Shown: one piece after another, positions 63,501-64,000 of the stretch
Numbering within the stretch: the stretch's first letter is position 1
How the letters are laid out: every line of letters starts with the position of its first letter
NCBI GenBank assembly: GCA_002633005.1
Contig: NMRA01000096.1
Span: forward strand, 496,001-560,000
From: Phoronis australis
Lineage: Eukaryota; Animalia; Phoronida
DNA length: 64,000 bases
Direction of reading: 5' to 3'
The notes under the pieces: model-generated
What the model was told of the DNA's origin: nothing
The model's input: the letters and a program-made list of their open reading frames with translations, nothing else
Database searches by the model: none
Program-made: the position numbers and the translations under genes

Positions 63501-64000
63501 AACGGAGTCACGTCACAATTCAGCTGAAAATGCAAGGCAATTCCCAGACCACTTGCAAGGCTGCTAACAATGAATCCCAAAACTTAGTAAAACACCCAGG
63601 TGCTATGACACTAAACAAGTGCAGGGTCAAATCGCACCAAGCATGATGTACTTTTCCAGAGGGAAAGAGAAAATTGAGCAACTTAAATGGTTTGTTATTA
63701 ATCTTGACCTCCAACTTAGAAACTTACAAGTAATGATAATGTAATTACAAAATACAATTGTGCATTGAGCATCCTGAACCTGGTATCTTATTAAAGTTAC
63801 AATTCTGCAAAATGTCCATTACCATGACAAAAGTTCTCCAGAGGGGTAAGATTGGCCAAGAGTTATGGGATAAGAGATTATATACTGCAGATTTTGCTTT
63901 TCCAGGAATACCTGATTATGCAATTTCACCGCATGACAAATTGAGTCAATCATGAAGAAAACAAATCTTTGCATACGAGAAGACAAGAGAGCATTTACAT

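Noticed and set aside
61740-63955. Short ORFs (e.g. 62109-62567, 62322-62627) upstream of HECTD1
   Set aside because: No recognisable protein motifs or consistent splice chain; the region looks like intron or intergenic DNA with repeat fragments

Overview
Eukaryotic (invertebrate animal, ~37% GC) draft-assembly window with N gaps and three intron-containing genes. Left to right: (1) a kelch-repeat KLHDC2/KLHDC1-like gene on the minus strand (9 coding exons traced, 278-10095; the 3' end lies outside the window); (2) head-to-head with it across a very small promoter, a TAF1C-like gene (RNA polymerase I SL1 subunit) on the plus strand (3 coding exons, 12138-15879, about 870 aa); (3) a complete HECTD1 E3 ubiquitin ligase gene on the minus strand (40 phase-consistent GT-AG coding exons, 17741-57934, about 2604 aa). 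Three ~1-1.4 kb tandem duplications inside HECTD1 are each split by a single N and are most likely uncollapsed alleles. The most interesting non-genic signals are a 568-bp miniature LTR retrotransposon in the TAF1C 5' intron (tRNA-like Pol III boxes in the LTRs, tRNA-Ser PBS, PPT, 4-bp TSD) in which one LTR has become a fold-back palindrome, and a DINE-1/HINE-like repeat carrying six co-oriented CTCF-like motifs. All exon boundaries were read by eye and gene names rest on recalled homologue motifs; no database searches were run.
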